The notes under the pieces: generated by a model | What the model saw: the letters and a program-made list of their open reading frames with translations, nothing else | Database searches by the model: none | What the model was told of the DNA's origin: nothing | DNA from: Micrococcus luteus NCTC 2665 | GTDB lineage: Bacteria > Actinomycetota > Actinomycetes > Actinomycetales > Micrococcaceae | DNA length: 32,000 nt | Reading direction: 5' to 3' | NCBI RefSeq assembly: GCF_000023205.1 | Contig: NC_012803.1 | Location: forward strand, 420,001-452,000 | In this document: positions 31,598-32,000 of the stretch, one piece after another | How positions within the stretch are numbered: the stretch's first letter is position 1 | How the letters are laid out: each line of letters opens with the position of its first letter | Translations under genes and position numbers: made by a program

Positions 31598-31861
31598 TCA
31601 GGGGCGCGAGCGTCGGACGGCACCCAGCACGACGTGCAGCAGCATCAGGCCGAAGCCGACGGGCAGGCCGAACAGCGCGAGCGCGAACAGCGCCGGGGAC
31701 GCCGGCCACGCCAGGAAGTACGCGACCAGCAGGACCACCAGGGCCAGAGCGGACACCGCCGTCACGGCCACGCCCAGCACCAGGACGACGCCACGACCGC
31801 CCCGGTGATCGGCGGGGTCGGCGGCGGGCGCGGAGGCGGGGAGGGTGGAGGTCCGAGGCAT
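31598..31861 (-). CDS. Small membrane protein (87 aa, two TM helices) upstream of the two-component genes
   Basis: GC3 is high from the ATG at 31861 onwards. The hydrophobic segments are VVLVLGVAVTAVSALALVVLLVAYFL and LFALALFGLPVGFGLMLLHVVLG. The upstream ATGs at 31897 and 31951 fall in a low-GC3 stretch. Confidence 0.5.
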   Translation of the reverse strand: MPRTSTLPASAPAADPADHRGGRGVVLVLGVAVTAVSALALVVLLVAYFLAWPASPALFALALFGLPVGFGLMLLHVVLGAVRRSRP

Positions 31862-31880
31862 GCCTGCCACTCTAGTCGGG

Positions 31881-32000
31881 CTATCCTGGGAGGTCATTGA
31901 CGACCACGTCCTCCGCCGTACCCTCCGGGCGCACGGCCAGGCTGGTCCCACCGATGCCGCGGCGCACCGCCACGCCGGTGCCGGACCCCGCCGACCCGAG
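31881..32000 (-). CDS. 3' end of an unidentified gene running off the right edge of the window
   Basis: An open minus-strand frame with very high GC3 (...GIGGTSLAVRPEGTAEDVVVNDLPG*) stops with TAG at 31883-31881. It is too short to assign. Confidence 0.4.
   Translation of the reverse strand, partial: LGSAGSGTGVAVRRGIGGTSLAVRPEGTAEDVVVNDLPG

Noticed and set aside
31862-31951. Upstream ATG starts (31897, 31951) for the small membrane protein.
   Set aside because: The codons between these ATGs and 31861 have low GC3 and rare codons (aga, act, gca). A different frame with high GC3 (the partial gene ending at 31881) better explains this stretch.

Overview
High-GC (roughly 70%+) actinobacterial chromosomal DNA. 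From memory, the 16S sequence looks like Micrococcus (M. luteus group); I could not verify this. The window opens inside an rRNA operon (partial 16S, tRNA-free ITS, 23S, 5S, two tandem terminators). After that comes a dense run of core or housekeeping genes. These include three stand-alone tRNA genes (Pro-CGG, Thr-UGU, Val-CAC), each with its own promoter-like and terminator-like signals. On the minus strand there is a string of FAH-family hydrolase, F420-type NADP oxidoreductase, TPM/DUF5129 membrane protein, AhpD-like CMD protein and a small GNAT. Further genes are an aldo/keto reductase, treY-treZ (trehalose from alpha-glucan), a DUF4032 kinase-like protein, a membrane DsbA-like oxidoreductase, a secreted S8 protease, a ThrE-family exporter, ung, the DUF3263 plus LytR_C (VirR-like) pair, and a CIRCE-controlled stand-alone groEL. 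The window ends with a DUF4031-HD fusion protein, a single WXG100 (ESAT-6-like) gene, a PhoPR-like two-component system and a small membrane protein. I see no integrase, transposase, phage, CRISPR or recognisable defence genes, and no compositional break. I cannot point to a convincing new multi-gene system. The best leads are: (i) a lone WXG100 gene chained behind the PhoPR-like operon; (ii) a VirR-like protein with an expanding Ala/Ser tandem-repeat linker; (iii) the DUF4031-HD fusion; (iv) an in-frame, stop-terminated 21-nt tandem repeat after the TPM gene; (v) the kinase-like DUF4032 gene abutting treZ. The many long ORFs antisense to real genes are high-GC artefacts. All homology calls come from motif recognition by eye, not from searches.
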